From contig RECP01000059.1 in assembly GCA_007693945.1 (NCBI GenBank), forward strand, positions 4,965-68,964: 64,000 nucleotides of DNA, read 5' to 3'. The stretch is from Spirochaetaceae bacterium. Its GTDB lineage: Bacteria > Spirochaetota > Spirochaetia > DSM-27196 > PWMO01. The position numbers were made by a program, and so were the translations under genes. The number at the start of each line of letters is the position of its first letter. Position 1 is the stretch's first letter. Below the pieces are notes generated by a model, which did not search any database, had not been told where the DNA came from, and saw only the letters and a list, made by a program, of their open reading frames with translations. This document shows positions 34,026 through 44,056 of this stretch, piece by piece.

Positions 34026-35496
34026 CTGTACCACCTTGTGACTGCAACAACTGCAGAACGGTATCGATTCTCTGGTGCACGCGTTGCTCGCCTATCAGCC
34101 GCATCGAACCAAACAGCGGCGGCGAGACCCGTGACCCGGTAACCGCGATCCGCAGGGGCATCATCAGGTTACCCATCTTCGTTCCGAGCTCTTCAGCTCT
34201 GGCACGAAAGCGTTCCTCGTTTTCCTCATCACTGCGCTGCTCGAACCCGTTTACCAGTTCGCGCGCAACCCGCAGCAGCTCCACGGTGCCGGCAGCGTCC
34301 ATCTTCTTCGGTATCAGCTCTTCAGGCTTGTACTGAAGCTGATCGGTGAACAGAAAGCGTACCAGCTCGGGAGCTTCGGTGAGATACTTCATGCGCTCCC
34401 GGATCAGCGGCAGAGCACCACGCAGAATCGAGCGCTCGCCCTCGCTCATCGGATCGGAAACGATGCCGGCCTGCATCAGAATCGGCGTCATCAGCGCCTC
34501 GAGTTCATCGTCACTCTTGTTGCGGATGTAGACTCCGTTGAACCACTCCAGTTTGCGGTAATCGAACACCGCCGGCGCCTTGTTGATCCGGGCGGCATCA
34601 AACAACCGCTCCAGATCCTGCGTGGTAAAGAACTCGCGCTTATCATCGTAGGCCCAGCCAAGCAGCGCCACGTAGTTGATCAGCGCCTCGGGAAGATAGC
34701 CCTGTCTGCGGAACTCGATCACACTGGTCGAACCGTGGCGCTTGGAGAGCTTCTGGCCATCCTTGCCCATCACCATCGGCAGATGGCAGAAGACCGGCGG
34801 CTGCCAGCCGAAAGCCTCGTAAAGCCGCACGTGCAGCGGCGCCGACGGAATCCATTCCTGCGCACGCAGAATGTGGCTGATCTGCATCTGGTGGTCATCC
34901 ACCACGTTGGCCAGGTGATAGGTCGGATAGCCATCCGACTTGAGCAGGACCGGATCGGGGGTGATGTCCCTGTTCTTCTTGCTGACCCGTCCGAGGATCA
35001 TATCTTCAAAGACGGTTTCGCCATCAAGCGGTCCCTTGAACCGCACGACCGGAGCGATACCGCGTGCCTCGAAGTCCGCAATCTGCTCAGCAGTGTAGTT
35101 GCGGCCGCGGCGATCATAACCGCCGCCCTTGTGTCCTTGAGCCTCGCGCATCGCGGCCAGCTCTTCCGGCGTGTCGTAGGCGTAGTACGCCAGATCGCGC
35201 TCGATCAGTTGTTCCGCACAGCGCCGGTAGAGCTCCAGACGCTGCGACTGAAAATAGGGCGCGTGCGGCCCACCCACGTCCGGCCCCTCGTCCCAGCCGA
35301 TCCCCAGCCAGTCAAAAGTATCGTAGATGTCCTGCAGTGCGGCTTGATCGTAGCGCTCGCGGTCGGTGTCCTCGATGCGCAGAATAAAGCTGCCGCCCCG
35401 GGCACGAGCAAAGAAGTAGTTGAACAGTGCGGTCCGTATGCCCCCTATGTGTTGCAGCCCCGTGGGCGACGGAGCATAACGTACTCGTACATGCAT
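34018..35496 (-). CDS. gltX: glutamate--tRNA ligase
   Basis: RYAPSPTGLQHIGGIRTALFNY (HIGH region) and KLSKRHG (KMSKS) are present. 492 aa. Confidence 0.92.
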   Translation of the reverse strand: MHVRVRYAPSPTGLQHIGGIRTALFNYFFARARGGSFILRIEDTDRERYDQAALQDIYDTFDWLGIGWDEGPDVGGPHAPYFQSQRLELYRRCAEQLIERDLAYYAYDTPEELAAMREAQGHKGGGYDRRGRNYTAEQIADFEARGIAPVVRFKGPLDGETVFEDMILGRVSKKNRDITPDPVLLKSDGYPTYHLANVVDDHQMQISHILRAQEWIPSAPLHVRLYEAFGWQPPVFCHLPMVMGKDGQKLSKRHGSTSVIEFRRQGYLPEALINYVALLGWAYDDKREFFTTQDLERLFDAARINKAPAVFDYRKLEWFNGVYIRNKSDDELEALMTPILMQAGIVSDPMSEGERSILRGALPLIRERMKYLTEAPELVRFLFTDQLQYKPEELIPKKMDAAGTVELLRVARELVNGFEQRSDEENEERFRARAEELGTKMGNLMMPLRIAVTGSRVSPPLFGSMRLIGEQRVHQRIDTVLQLLQSQGGTDE

Positions 35497-35554
35497 AGTG
35501 TGTTCCAGTGATTCTCAGAAACCTCGCGCCGTAATACGATGCTGACGCGACCCG

Positions 35555-35583
35555 ATTATAAAGATCGTCCGCAGCCCGGTCAA
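35555..35583 (-). promoter_or_regulatory. candidate sigma-70 promoter of gltX-glyQS-tyrS
   Basis: The minus strand reads TTGACC (35578-35583), a 17 nt spacer, then a perfect TATAAT (35555-35560). It is about 58 nt upstream of the gltX ATG. Confidence 0.55.
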
Positions 35584-35688
35584 CAAGCGCCACCGCCAAT
35601 CAGCCTTCTCATTGCGGCCGTCTGATGGCGGTTGGCATGTTGCGCGGCAGCGCCCGAATCGAGAGTGTCCCGCTGAGCGGACGTCGCG

Positions 35689-36912
35689 CTACTGAGTGTA
35701 CCAGGCGAGGAAGTCGCGCAGACGTCCGAGAGCGTCCTCGAGTTCATCGACGGGCGGCAAGAAGACCAACCGCAGATGATCCTTGTCCATGCAGTTGAAC
35801 CCGGTACCCTGCACCAGCAGCAGATGTTTCTCGAGCAGCAGATCGAGCACCAGACGCTGATCATCGTGGGTGTTGAACCGTGCCGGATCGAGCCGCGGAA
35901 ACAGATAGAGCGCGCCGTCAGGCTTGACGCAGCTCACCCCGGGAATCTCGGTGAGCTTGCGGTACGCCAGCTCCCGTTGCTCGTACAGCCGGCCTCCGGG
36001 CCTTACCAGATCCTCGATACTCTGGTAACCGCCGAGCGCAGCCTGCACCGCAAACTGGGCCGGAACATTGCTGCAGAGGCGCATGTTGGAAAGAATATCG
36101 AGCCCTTCGCGGTAGTCCGCCCCCAGCGTCTTGCGCCCGGAAATAACCATCCATCCGGCACGAAACCCGGCGGCGCGGTACGCCTTGGACAGCCCGTTGA
36201 ACGTCACACAGAAGATATCATCACACAGAGTAGCCAGAGAGACGTGCTCCGCGTCGTCGTAGACGATCTTCTCGTAGATCTCATCACCAAAAACGATCAA
36301 GCCGTGCTCGGCCGCCAGCTTGTGGATCTGCTCGAGCAGATCCCGCGCATAGACGGCTCCGGTGGGATTGTTGGGATTGATAACCACAATCGCGCGTGTG
36401 CGCGAATTGATGCGTGAGCGTATGTCCTCGATATCAGGCATCCAGCCGGCGTTCTCATCACACACGTAGTGTACCGCACGACCGCCGCACAGATTGACCG
36501 CCGCGGTCCACAACGGGTAGTCGGGCGCCGGGATCAGCACCTCGTCGCCGTTGTTCAGCAGTGCCTGCATCGCCATCACGATCAGCTCACTGACACCGTT
36601 GCCGATGTAGATGTCTTCGATTTCAACGTTCAGAACGTTCTTCTGCTGGTAATTCTGCATGACCGCCTTGCGAGCGGGAAACAGTCCTTTGCTGTCACAA
36701 TAGCCCTGAGCACTGCGCAGGTTGACTATCACGTCGTGGAACAACTCGTCGGGCGCATCGAAGCCAAACGGCGCAGGATTGCCGATGTTGAGCTTGATGA
36801 CCTTGAAACCCTCTTCCTCGAGGCGTTGTGCCTCGGTGAGCACCGGTCCGCGGATGTCGTAGAGCACCCCGGCCAGCTTGTCGGACTTGAGATAGTGTGG
36901 ACCTACCGACAT
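35689..36912 (-). CDS. alaA: PLP-dependent aminotransferase, AlaA-type (glutamate-pyruvate aminotransferase)
   Basis: It is collinear with E. coli AlaA as I remember it (YDIRGPV, LNIGNPAPFGFDAPDE, QGYCDSKGL, NPNNPTGAVY, FNGLSKAYRAAGFR, LCSNVPAQ). The ATG at 36912 has a GGAGG SD 8 nt upstream. Confidence 0.88.
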   Translation of the reverse strand: MSVGPHYLKSDKLAGVLYDIRGPVLTEAQRLEEEGFKVIKLNIGNPAPFGFDAPDELFHDVIVNLRSAQGYCDSKGLFPARKAVMQNYQQKNVLNVEIEDIYIGNGVSELIVMAMQALLNNGDEVLIPAPDYPLWTAAVNLCGGRAVHYVCDENAGWMPDIEDIRSRINSRTRAIVVINPNNPTGAVYARDLLEQIHKLAAEHGLIVFGDEIYEKIVYDDAEHVSLATLCDDIFCVTFNGLSKAYRAAGFRAGWMVISGRKTLGADYREGLDILSNMRLCSNVPAQFAVQAALGGYQSIEDLVRPGGRLYEQRELAYRKLTEIPGVSCVKPDGALYLFPRLDPARFNTHDDQRLVLDLLLEKHLLLVQGTGFNCMDKDHLRLVFLPPVDELEDALGRLRDFLAWYTQ

Positions 36913-36957
36913 TGCAGTTGCACCTCCGTTGTACATTGTTCCCGGCGAGGAACCGCG

Positions 36958-37776
36958 CTAGGCGGCCTTACCCGTCTGGTCAAAAACCCACGCCGAGACA
37001 TCCTTGACCATCTTGGCCAACACCACTACCTGCAGGTTGCCGCGATTCTTCTCAACCTCTTTCTGCCACTGTGACTGGCTGTAGCGACTGCGCAGCGCCT
37101 TCTTGCCTTCTATGACGCTGTTCCTGACCTGCATATCCTGGTTGGGGAAAGCGTCAAGCAAGTAGTAGGTAAGCCCACGGAGCACGGGGTTCCTGGTACT
37201 CTGCGGCAACGCCAGCAGAATATCCCTGACCTCGTCCTGCCGCTGCTGCAGCAGCAATGCAAACGCGTAGGACCATTCAACCCATGGACGGTCGCTGCAG
37301 CGGGGGTTCTGCCGCAATTCCCCGTAGTAACGTTCCATGTCCCGGGGATCATTCTGCAACAGATGAGGAATACCGAACTGAAGGGCAAACAGCGCAACGT
37401 ACTCGGGACGATGCTCGCGACAGTGAGTCTCCAGTTCAAGAATGCGCGAAGGCTCGGATACCAGTATGTAGCTGTTGATCAATACCTGGATATGCTGTTT
37501 GCGATAACGGCCCCGCGTAATGACGCGGTCTTCCAGGTAGGCGATCAGGCCGCGCCAGTTCTCGGTTTCAAGAAACGAGAAGAGCTTCCAGTTGAGAGCA
37601 AAGTAGACGTTTAGTCCCGCCAGGATCACCACGAACAGCGCCGCCAGCGGCCAGTTGGCAGCCCAGAACATACGGCTGTGCTGCCAGCCGAGCAGAAAAA
37701 CCGGGATCATGAACACAAAAATGAACGATAGGAGAACAATTCCGTTGAACAGCAGGCACACAAGCTTAAATTTCAT
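36958..37776 (-). CDS. membrane protein (2 N-terminal TM segments plus a helical cytoplasmic domain), unknown function
   Basis: The ATG at 37776 gives MKFKLVCLLFNGIVLLSFIFVFMIPVFLLGW. I recognise no family. Confidence 0.5.
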   Translation of the reverse strand: MKFKLVCLLFNGIVLLSFIFVFMIPVFLLGWQHSRMFWAANWPLAALFVVILAGLNVYFALNWKLFSFLETENWRGLIAYLEDRVITRGRYRKQHIQVLINSYILVSEPSRILELETHCREHRPEYVALFALQFGIPHLLQNDPRDMERYYGELRQNPRCSDRPWVEWSYAFALLLQQRQDEVRDILLALPQSTRNPVLRGLTYYLLDAFPNQDMQVRNSVIEGKKALRSRYSQSQWQKEVEKNRGNLQVVVLAKMVKDVSAWVFDQTGKAA

Positions 37777-37794
37777 ACGGTTATTTCCTATAAT
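37766..37794 (+). promoter_or_regulatory. candidate sigma-70 promoter of the HD-GYP gene
   Basis: A perfect TATAAT (37789-37794) has TTAAAT 17 nt upstream. It lies in the AT-richer divergent intergenic region. Confidence 0.4.
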
Positions 37795-37871
37795 GACAGT
37801 AGTAAAGTGTAACCAATCCGGTGCAACCGGGTCAACGGGATCAAACGGTGAAGAGCGTAGCGGTCCGCGGC

Positions 37872-39002
37872 ATGCCGACACAGAAACATCTTACGGCACC
37901 CTCCTTTCTGGACGAGAAGTACATCCTGCTCTCACCGGAGACGCCGTTCTCCGAATCGCTCAAGCACCGCATGATCAAGTGGGGTTTCGAGGAACTGCAC
38001 ACCGAAGGCGAGATCAGTGAGGACGCGATCGCTCTCACCGGCAGCGCGGGCGGAACCGACAGCGCGCCGCTACTCTCGATCGAGGAGGGAGCGCAGGAGT
38101 CCAGGGCGCTGGCCGAGGCACAACGCTTCTACTCCGGGATGCTCGGCTTCACCGAGAAACTGTTCACCGACTTCGCGACCCGCAACGAATTGCCGCAGCG
38201 TCCGGTATCCGAGAAGATAAAGGAATTGGTCGAAGCAGTACGCGCCCGGCGCAAATACCTGCTGCGTTTTCCGGCGCTTCAGAACGTCGACAAGAACTAC
38301 GTCATCGAGCACTCGGTGAAGACCACCATCCTGAGCGTTGCCATGGGGGCGACACTGCGATTCCCCCCGCATAAGCTGATCGAGTTGGGTACCGCCGCTC
38401 TGCTGCACGAATCGGGGCTGGTTCGGTTGCCGCCACAGCTCTACATGAGCGAGGCACGCCTGAGCGACAAGGAGCGCAAGGCGCTCACCGCCCATACGCT
38501 GCTGGGGTTCAAGCAACTGAAGCAGTTTTCATATCCCTTGTCGGTCTGTATCGCGGTACTGGAATGCCGTGAGAATGTTGACGGAAGCGGCTACCCGCGA
38601 GCCATCAGCGGCGAGCGCATTTCCGTGTACGCCAAGGTTATCGCGGTAGCGGGCAGCTACGCGGCAATGACCGCCGACCGCCCCTACCGCAAGGCTCGTG
38701 ACCCGCACGAAACGATGCTGGAACTGCTGCGTGATCGCGGCAAGAAATACGATGAAGCGGCGTTACGCGCGCTGCTGCTCAATCTGTCACTGTTTCCCCT
38801 GGGAACGTCCGTCGAGCTCGCCAACGGCTACCGAGGGCTCGTTATTGACGCCGCAGACGACAACCCGAAGGCGCCTGTCGTTCGAATCATGGTGTCAGCC
38901 AGCGGTGAGCGTTACGCGGATCAGCCCATGGTGCAAACCAGTGACCCCCAGTACCGTGTGGTACGGGCCCTGAGCAGTGAAGAGGCGCGTGCGCTGCGTT
39001 GA
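37872..39002 (+). CDS. HD-GYP-domain protein with degenerate metal-ligand motifs
   Basis: The GYP motif DGSGYPR and the ...DRPYRK tail are intact. However, LLHESGL replaces the canonical LHDIGK, and LECRENV replaces HHE(R/K)x before DGSGYP. The start is uncertain: ATG at 37872 or GTG at 37821. Confidence 0.75.
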   Translation: MPTQKHLTAPSFLDEKYILLSPETPFSESLKHRMIKWGFEELHTEGEISEDAIALTGSAGGTDSAPLLSIEEGAQESRALAEAQRFYSGMLGFTEKLFTDFATRNELPQRPVSEKIKELVEAVRARRKYLLRFPALQNVDKNYVIEHSVKTTILSVAMGATLRFPPHKLIELGTAALLHESGLVRLPPQLYMSEARLSDKERKALTAHTLLGFKQLKQFSYPLSVCIAVLECRENVDGSGYPRAISGERISVYAKVIAVAGSYAAMTADRPYRKARDPHETMLELLRDRGKKYDEAALRALLLNLSLFPLGTSVELANGYRGLVIDAADDNPKAPVVRIMVSASGERYADQPMVQTSDPQYRVVRALSSEEARALR

Positions 39003-39012
39003 GGGGAACAGT

Positions 39013-40668
39013 GTGACATCCATCACCGTAACCTTACCGACGGGTGAAGAGCGGACGATTGACAGAGGCCAGCGGGTGAGCGAAGTTCTGGAGGGATCGC
39101 CTCGCACCGAGCACCCGGTTGTCGCGGCGCTGGTCAACAACCAGTTGGTCAGTCTGGCCTACCGCATCGAGGTCAACGCGCATATCAAACCGATCACACT
39201 CGACACCCCCGAGGGTCGCCAGGTTTACCGGCGCACGCTCTGCTTCGTACTGACCATGGCCGCCACCAGGCGCTTGCCCGAACGTCGCATCGTGATCGGC
39301 CACTCGCTGGGTGACGGCTTCTACTACCAGAGCGCCGACGGCGCGGAGTTCTCACAAACCGAGATCGACGGTATTTCACGTGAAATGCACGCCATAGTCG
39401 CCGGCAATCTGCCGATCGCGCGGACCAGGGTTTCCTATCAGGACGCCCTCGACTACTTCCGCGAGCGGGGCATGACCGATACCGAGCTGTTGCTCAAACA
39501 CCGCAACGAGGGCAAGATTGCCGTCTATCAGTGCGCCGAGCTGATGGATATCTCGCACGGTCCGCTGCTGGCGTCCACCGGCCTGCTGCAGGCGTTCGAG
39601 GTACGGCCCTACGCGCAAGGTCTCATCCTGCGCTACCCCGGTGAACGCGACCCCTACACGCTTACCGAGTTCCACGCCAGTCCGATTCTGTTTTCCGTCT
39701 ATCAGGAGTACAAGCAGTGGGGCAAAATACTCGGCGTAGGGTCCGCCGGGCAGCTGTCGGAATTGACACGCAGCAGGGACATCCGTGAGTTCATCAGGGT
39801 TGCCGAAGCACTGCACGACAAGCGCATCGGCGAAATCGCCGACCGAATCAGCGAGCGACGCGACACGGTTCGCGTGATTCTGATCGCCGGCCCGTCCTCT
39901 TCGGGCAAGACCACCTTCGCCAAGAAGCTATCGGTACAGCTGACCGTCTGCGGCCTGCAGCCGACCAGTATCTCGCTCGACGACTTCTTCGTCGAGCGCG
40001 AACAGACGCCGCGCGACGCCGACGGCAACTACGACTTCGAGCACCTGCGGGCCATCGATGTGACCCTGCTGAACGAAACGCTGCTGCGCCTGTTTGCCGC
40101 TGAGGAAGTCGAGATGGCGGCGTTCGACTTCAAGACCGGCAGCCGCAGCTACAGCGGCCGTCGCCTGCGGCTTCCGGAACAGGGAGTACTGCTGATCGAA
40201 GGTATCCACGGGCTCAACCCCGATCTGATACCACGTATAGAACGGTCGTATATCTACAAGGTCTACGTGTCGGCACTGACGCAGCTCAACCTCGACGACA
40301 ACAACCGCGTCCCTACTACCGACAACCGGCTGATACGAAGGCTTGTTCGTGACCATCAGTTTCGCGGCTACAGCGCGATTGATACGCTGTCACGCTGGCC
40401 GTCCGTGCGACGCGGTGAGAACCGCAACATCTTTCCGTTCCAGGATTCAGCCGATAGCGCCTTCAACTCTGCTCTGGACTACGAGCTCGGTGTAATCAAG
40501 AGCTTCGCTGAACCGCTGCTGCAGGAAGTCAAGCCGTATCACGAGGTCTATCACGAGGCAACCCGTCTGGCGTCGTTCCTGAATAATTTCACGCACATCC
40601 CGGACAAGTTTGTTCCCGAGCACTCAATTCTGCGCGAGTTTATCGGCGACAGCGGTTTCAAGTACTGA
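39013..40668 (+). CDS. TGS-domain / uridine kinase (PRK)-family fusion protein
   Basis: The N-terminal ITVTLPTGEERTIDRG is TGS-like, and the region that follows resembles the ThrRS N-terminus. The C-terminal half has the P-loop IAGPSSSGKTT of the uridine kinase / phosphoribulokinase family. A GTG at 39013 has a GAGGGG SD. Confidence 0.75.
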   Translation: MTSITVTLPTGEERTIDRGQRVSEVLEGSPRTEHPVVAALVNNQLVSLAYRIEVNAHIKPITLDTPEGRQVYRRTLCFVLTMAATRRLPERRIVIGHSLGDGFYYQSADGAEFSQTEIDGISREMHAIVAGNLPIARTRVSYQDALDYFRERGMTDTELLLKHRNEGKIAVYQCAELMDISHGPLLASTGLLQAFEVRPYAQGLILRYPGERDPYTLTEFHASPILFSVYQEYKQWGKILGVGSAGQLSELTRSRDIREFIRVAEALHDKRIGEIADRISERRDTVRVILIAGPSSSGKTTFAKKLSVQLTVCGLQPTSISLDDFFVEREQTPRDADGNYDFEHLRAIDVTLLNETLLRLFAAEEVEMAAFDFKTGSRSYSGRRLRLPEQGVLLIEGIHGLNPDLIPRIERSYIYKVYVSALTQLNLDDNNRVPTTDNRLIRRLVRDHQFRGYSAIDTLSRWPSVRRGENRNIFPFQDSADSAFNSALDYELGVIKSFAEPLLQEVKPYHEVYHEATRLASFLNNFTHIPDKFVPEHSILREFIGDSGFKY

Positions 40669-41361
40669 CATACTGCTCCAGCTGCCGTAGTGCGTCGGCT
40701 GATGCACCAGCCGCTGCAGTGAATGCAGGAAGCGATCCCGGCGCATCTCTGCGGCCCCAAAACGCTCCAGGTGACCGGTGTAGACCTGACAGTCGATTAG
40801 GCCGTAGCCGCAGCGGTGCAGCAGCTGCGCCAGGCGCACGAAACCGGCCTTGGAGGCGTCGTCGCGACGCGCGAACATCGACTCACCGAAGAACACACGC
40901 CCCAGCGCCACTCCGTAGAGACCGCCTGCCAGCTCCCCGTCGACCAGCACCTCCAGAGAGTGCGCGTATCCCAGGCGGTGCAGTCGCGTGTAGCCCTGCA
41001 TGATCTCCTCGGTTATCCAGGTACCCTGCTGGCCCGGCCGCGGCGCGTCACGGCACGCGCACAACACCTCGCCAAAGCGGGTGTCAAAGCGGTAACTGAA
41101 CGGATCGTTGCGCAGCAGGCGTTGCAGGCGGCGCGGAACGTGTAGCTCGGCGGGACAAAGCACAAAGCGCGGATCGGGACACCACCACAGGATGGGATCG
41201 CCGTGCGAGTACCACGGGAAAATCCCCTGTCGATAGGCCGACAAGAGCATCCCCGGCGACAGGTTTCCTCCGATCCCTACGATACCGTCCGAAGTTCCCG
41301 ACTCCGGCGGCGGAAAGTCGAACGTCTCGTGCTCGTGGAGGTACGGGAACTCACCGCTCAT
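40624..41361 (-). CDS. aat: leucyl/phenylalanyl-tRNA--protein transferase
   Basis: YRQGIFPWYSHGDPILWWCPDPR and the GNAT-like C-terminal half are present. There is an ATGA-type 4-nt overlap with the clpA stop. Confidence 0.9.
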   Translation of the reverse strand: MSGEFPYLHEHETFDFPPPESGTSDGIVGIGGNLSPGMLLSAYRQGIFPWYSHGDPILWWCPDPRFVLCPAELHVPRRLQRLLRNDPFSYRFDTRFGEVLCACRDAPRPGQQGTWITEEIMQGYTRLHRLGYAHSLEVLVDGELAGGLYGVALGRVFFGESMFARRDDASKAGFVRLAQLLHRCGYGLIDCQVYTGHLERFGAAEMRRDRFLHSLQRLVHQPTHYGSWSSMSVLETAVADKLAQN

Positions 41362-43667
41362 GGTCCCTGAGCGCGGATAATCACGTCTCCTTCATCGGAG
41401 ACATCAGCGGTCGCGCGTCCCCCGTTCTGCAGTTCGCCGAACAGCACCGAGTCTACGAAGAACGACTTGATCTTCTCCTCGATAAGGCGCGATATATTGC
41501 GGGCCCCAAACTCCTCTGAGTAGCCGCGCTCGGCAAGCCAGCCGATACAGGCCGCAGTAACCTCGAGTGTCACGTTCTTCTCTGCCAGCTGCGCCACAAA
41601 GTCGTCAAGGTCCTTGCGCACGATGTCTTCGATGACCTCGGTCGCCAGGCGGTTGAAGACCACCACCTTGTCAAGCCGATTGCGGAACTCGGGCGAAAAG
41701 ATGCGCTCAACCGCGTCGTCCACCGCGTCGGAGGCTACGCTGCGGCCCCCAAAGCCGATCAGCGGCTTGCCGATCTCACGCGCCCCGGCGTTAGAGGTCA
41801 TGATCAGAACCACGTTGCGGAAGTCGGCGTGTTTTCCGCTGTTATCGGTCACCGTGGCGTAGTCCATGACCTGCAGCAGGATGTTGTAGATGTCGGCGTG
41901 CGCCTTCTCGATCTCGTCCAGCAACAGCACGGCGTGCGGCGTCTTGCGAATGGTCTCCGTCAGAAGCCCTCCTTCCTCGTACCCCACGTAGCCCGGAGGC
42001 GAGCCGATCAAGCGGCTGACGGTATGCTTTTCCTGGTACTCACTCATGTCAAAACGCAGCATCGCGACACCCAGGGTATCGGCCAACTGGCGCGCGAGCT
42101 CGGTCTTGCCGACGCCGGTAGGTCCGACAAACAGGAACGACGCCACCGGTTTGTCGGCGCGGCGGAACCCGGCGCGCGAGCGCTTGACCGCCTGCACCAC
42201 CTGAGAGATGGCTTCCTCCTGACCGAAAACCACCCGCTTGAGATCCTGCTCCAGATCGCGCAATCGGTCACGCTCGGAGACCGATACACTGCGTTCGGGT
42301 ATCTTGGCAATCCGGGAAACCACCTTCTCGATGTCAGTTTCCATGATGGTTACCGGCTCACCTTCATCGGCACTGGCTTCGCGGCGCATGCGGATATAGG
42401 CTCCGCACTCGTCGATAACGTCAATTGCCTTGTCGGGAAGGTGCCGGTCATTGATGTAGAGAGCCGACAGGTGCGCAGCGGCCCGCAGCGCGTCGTCGCT
42501 GTAGATGACGTTGTGAAACTGCTCGTACTTGCTGCGCAGCCCCTGTAGGATCTCGAAAGTCTGGTCCTCGCTGGGCTCGGGCACCTCGATCTTCTGGAAA
42601 CGGCGAGAGAGAGCGCGGTCCTTCTCAAAATAGCGCTTGTACTCCTCATAGGTCGTCGACCCGATGCAGCGAATCCTGCCCGATGCCAGCGCCGGCTTGA
42701 GCATGTTGGAAGCGTCCATCGATCCGCCCGAGACCGCCCCGGCCCCCACCAGCGTGTGGATCTCATCTACGAACAGGATCACGTTGTCGCGCGACTCGAG
42801 CTCCTTCATGACCTGCTTCATGCGCTCCTCGAAGTCGCCGCGGTATCTGGTGCCCGCCAGCATCGACCCCATGTCGAGCGCGTAGACGGTGTAGTCCTTC
42901 AGCAGGCTGGGAACCTCGCCGTCCGCGATGCGCTGCGCCAGACCTTCGGTAATGGCGGTCTTTCCGACTCCCGGATCACCCAGGTGCACCGGATTGTTCT
43001 TCAGCCTGCGGCACAGCACCTGTACGGTACGTTCCAGGATGTCTTCTCGTCCGATCAGCGGCTCCAGCCGCCCTTCGCGTGCCTGGGCGGTGAGGTCGGT
43101 GGTGAACTGCGACAATGCGTCGCGCTTCTTTCTGGTGCGGCCGTCATCATCGAGCTCTTCCCGGGCCTCATGCCCGGAGTCGCCGGCCTCACCGGCCTCA
43201 CCGGCATCGCCCTCCTCGGAACCTTCCTCACGCTCGGCACCGACGCGCGACAGACCGTGGGATATTACCTCGAGCAGGTTGAGCCGCGATATGCCCGCCT
43301 CGCGCATGAAGAACGAACCGAAAGACTCGTCTTCGTCAAGGATCGAGACCAGGATATCACCGATATCGACCTCTTCCTTGGCGGCGTTCTCCGTGTGGAA
43401 GATGGCACGCTCGATGACGTGCTGGAAGCCAATCGACTGGAACGGCTCCTCGCCCTCGACCACCGGAATCCGCTCGCTGAGGTGTTTGTCAACCTCGGAG
43501 CGGATGACATCCGGCTCGGCGCCGCACTCGTGGACCACGTCACGCGGGTATTCAAAGTGCAAAGCGGCGTACAGAACGTGCTCGGGGGTCAGATACTCGT
43601 GTTTTCGCTGCTTGGCTTCCTGATAGGCGGCATTCAGAATTGCCTGCAACTCGCGGTTGATTCGCAT
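41358..43667 (-). CDS. clpA: ATP-dependent Clp protease ATP-binding subunit ClpA
   Basis: Clp N-domain repeats and two AAA+ modules (GDPGVGKT and GPTGVGKT) are present, with no ClpB-type middle domain. 769 aa. Confidence 0.92.
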   Translation of the reverse strand: MRINRELQAILNAAYQEAKQRKHEYLTPEHVLYAALHFEYPRDVVHECGAEPDVIRSEVDKHLSERIPVVEGEEPFQSIGFQHVIERAIFHTENAAKEEVDIGDILVSILDEDESFGSFFMREAGISRLNLLEVISHGLSRVGAEREEGSEEGDAGEAGEAGDSGHEAREELDDDGRTRKKRDALSQFTTDLTAQAREGRLEPLIGREDILERTVQVLCRRLKNNPVHLGDPGVGKTAITEGLAQRIADGEVPSLLKDYTVYALDMGSMLAGTRYRGDFEERMKQVMKELESRDNVILFVDEIHTLVGAGAVSGGSMDASNMLKPALASGRIRCIGSTTYEEYKRYFEKDRALSRRFQKIEVPEPSEDQTFEILQGLRSKYEQFHNVIYSDDALRAAAHLSALYINDRHLPDKAIDVIDECGAYIRMRREASADEGEPVTIMETDIEKVVSRIAKIPERSVSVSERDRLRDLEQDLKRVVFGQEEAISQVVQAVKRSRAGFRRADKPVASFLFVGPTGVGKTELARQLADTLGVAMLRFDMSEYQEKHTVSRLIGSPPGYVGYEEGGLLTETIRKTPHAVLLLDEIEKAHADIYNILLQVMDYATVTDNSGKHADFRNVVLIMTSNAGAREIGKPLIGFGGRSVASDAVDDAVERIFSPEFRNRLDKVVVFNRLATEVIEDIVRKDLDDFVAQLAEKNVTLEVTAACIGWLAERGYSEEFGARNISRLIEEKIKSFFVDSVLFGELQNGGRATADVSDEGDVIIRAQGP

Positions 43668-43683
43668 CAGTTTCTACTCCGCA

Positions 43684-43989
43684 CTACGCCTTCTCCATAG
43701 TGCATTTGAGCGGGTACTCCCGCTCCTTGGCCATACGACGCACCTGTTGGATCTTGGTCGCCGCAATGTCGTACGTGTAAACGCCCACGTTACCGCGTCC
43801 GTGCTTGTGCACCGTCAGCATGATCTTGGTGGCGTCCATGACCGTCTTGCGAAAGATCTTCACCAGCACCTCCACCACAAACTCCATGGTGGTATAGTCA
43901 TCATTATGCAACAAAACCCGGTACATTTCCGGCTCTTTGACTTTTGTTCGGCGCTTTTCCTTGACCTGCTCGCTGTGGCCGGGATCCAT
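43684..43989 (-). CDS. clpS: ATP-dependent Clp protease adaptor ClpS
   Basis: The core YRVLLHNDDYTTMEFVVEVL is present. 101 aa, located 16 nt upstream of clpA. Confidence 0.9.
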   Translation of the reverse strand: MDPGHSEQVKEKRRTKVKEPEMYRVLLHNDDYTTMEFVVEVLVKIFRKTVMDATKIMLTVHKHGRGNVGVYTYDIAATKIQQVRRMAKEREYPLKCTMEKA

Positions 43990-44005
43990 GGTGTTCTCCG
44001 CTGTT

Positions 44006-44035
44006 AAGATACGGGTGAGATCGCGGCTTCGTCAA
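44006..44035 (-). promoter_or_regulatory. candidate sigma-70 promoter of clpS-clpA-aat
   Basis: The minus strand reads TTGACG (44030-44035), an 18 nt spacer, then TATCTT (44006-44011). A GGAGAA SD precedes the clpS ATG. Confidence 0.35.
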
Positions 44036-44056
44036 TCACGCCGCAGTCGGCCGGGC

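Noticed and set aside
35591-35632. An imperfect 10-bp hairpin downstream of alaA, and another directly after its stop codon.
   Set aside because: Both have bulged stems and no U-tract. The function is unclear, so they are not reported as terminators.
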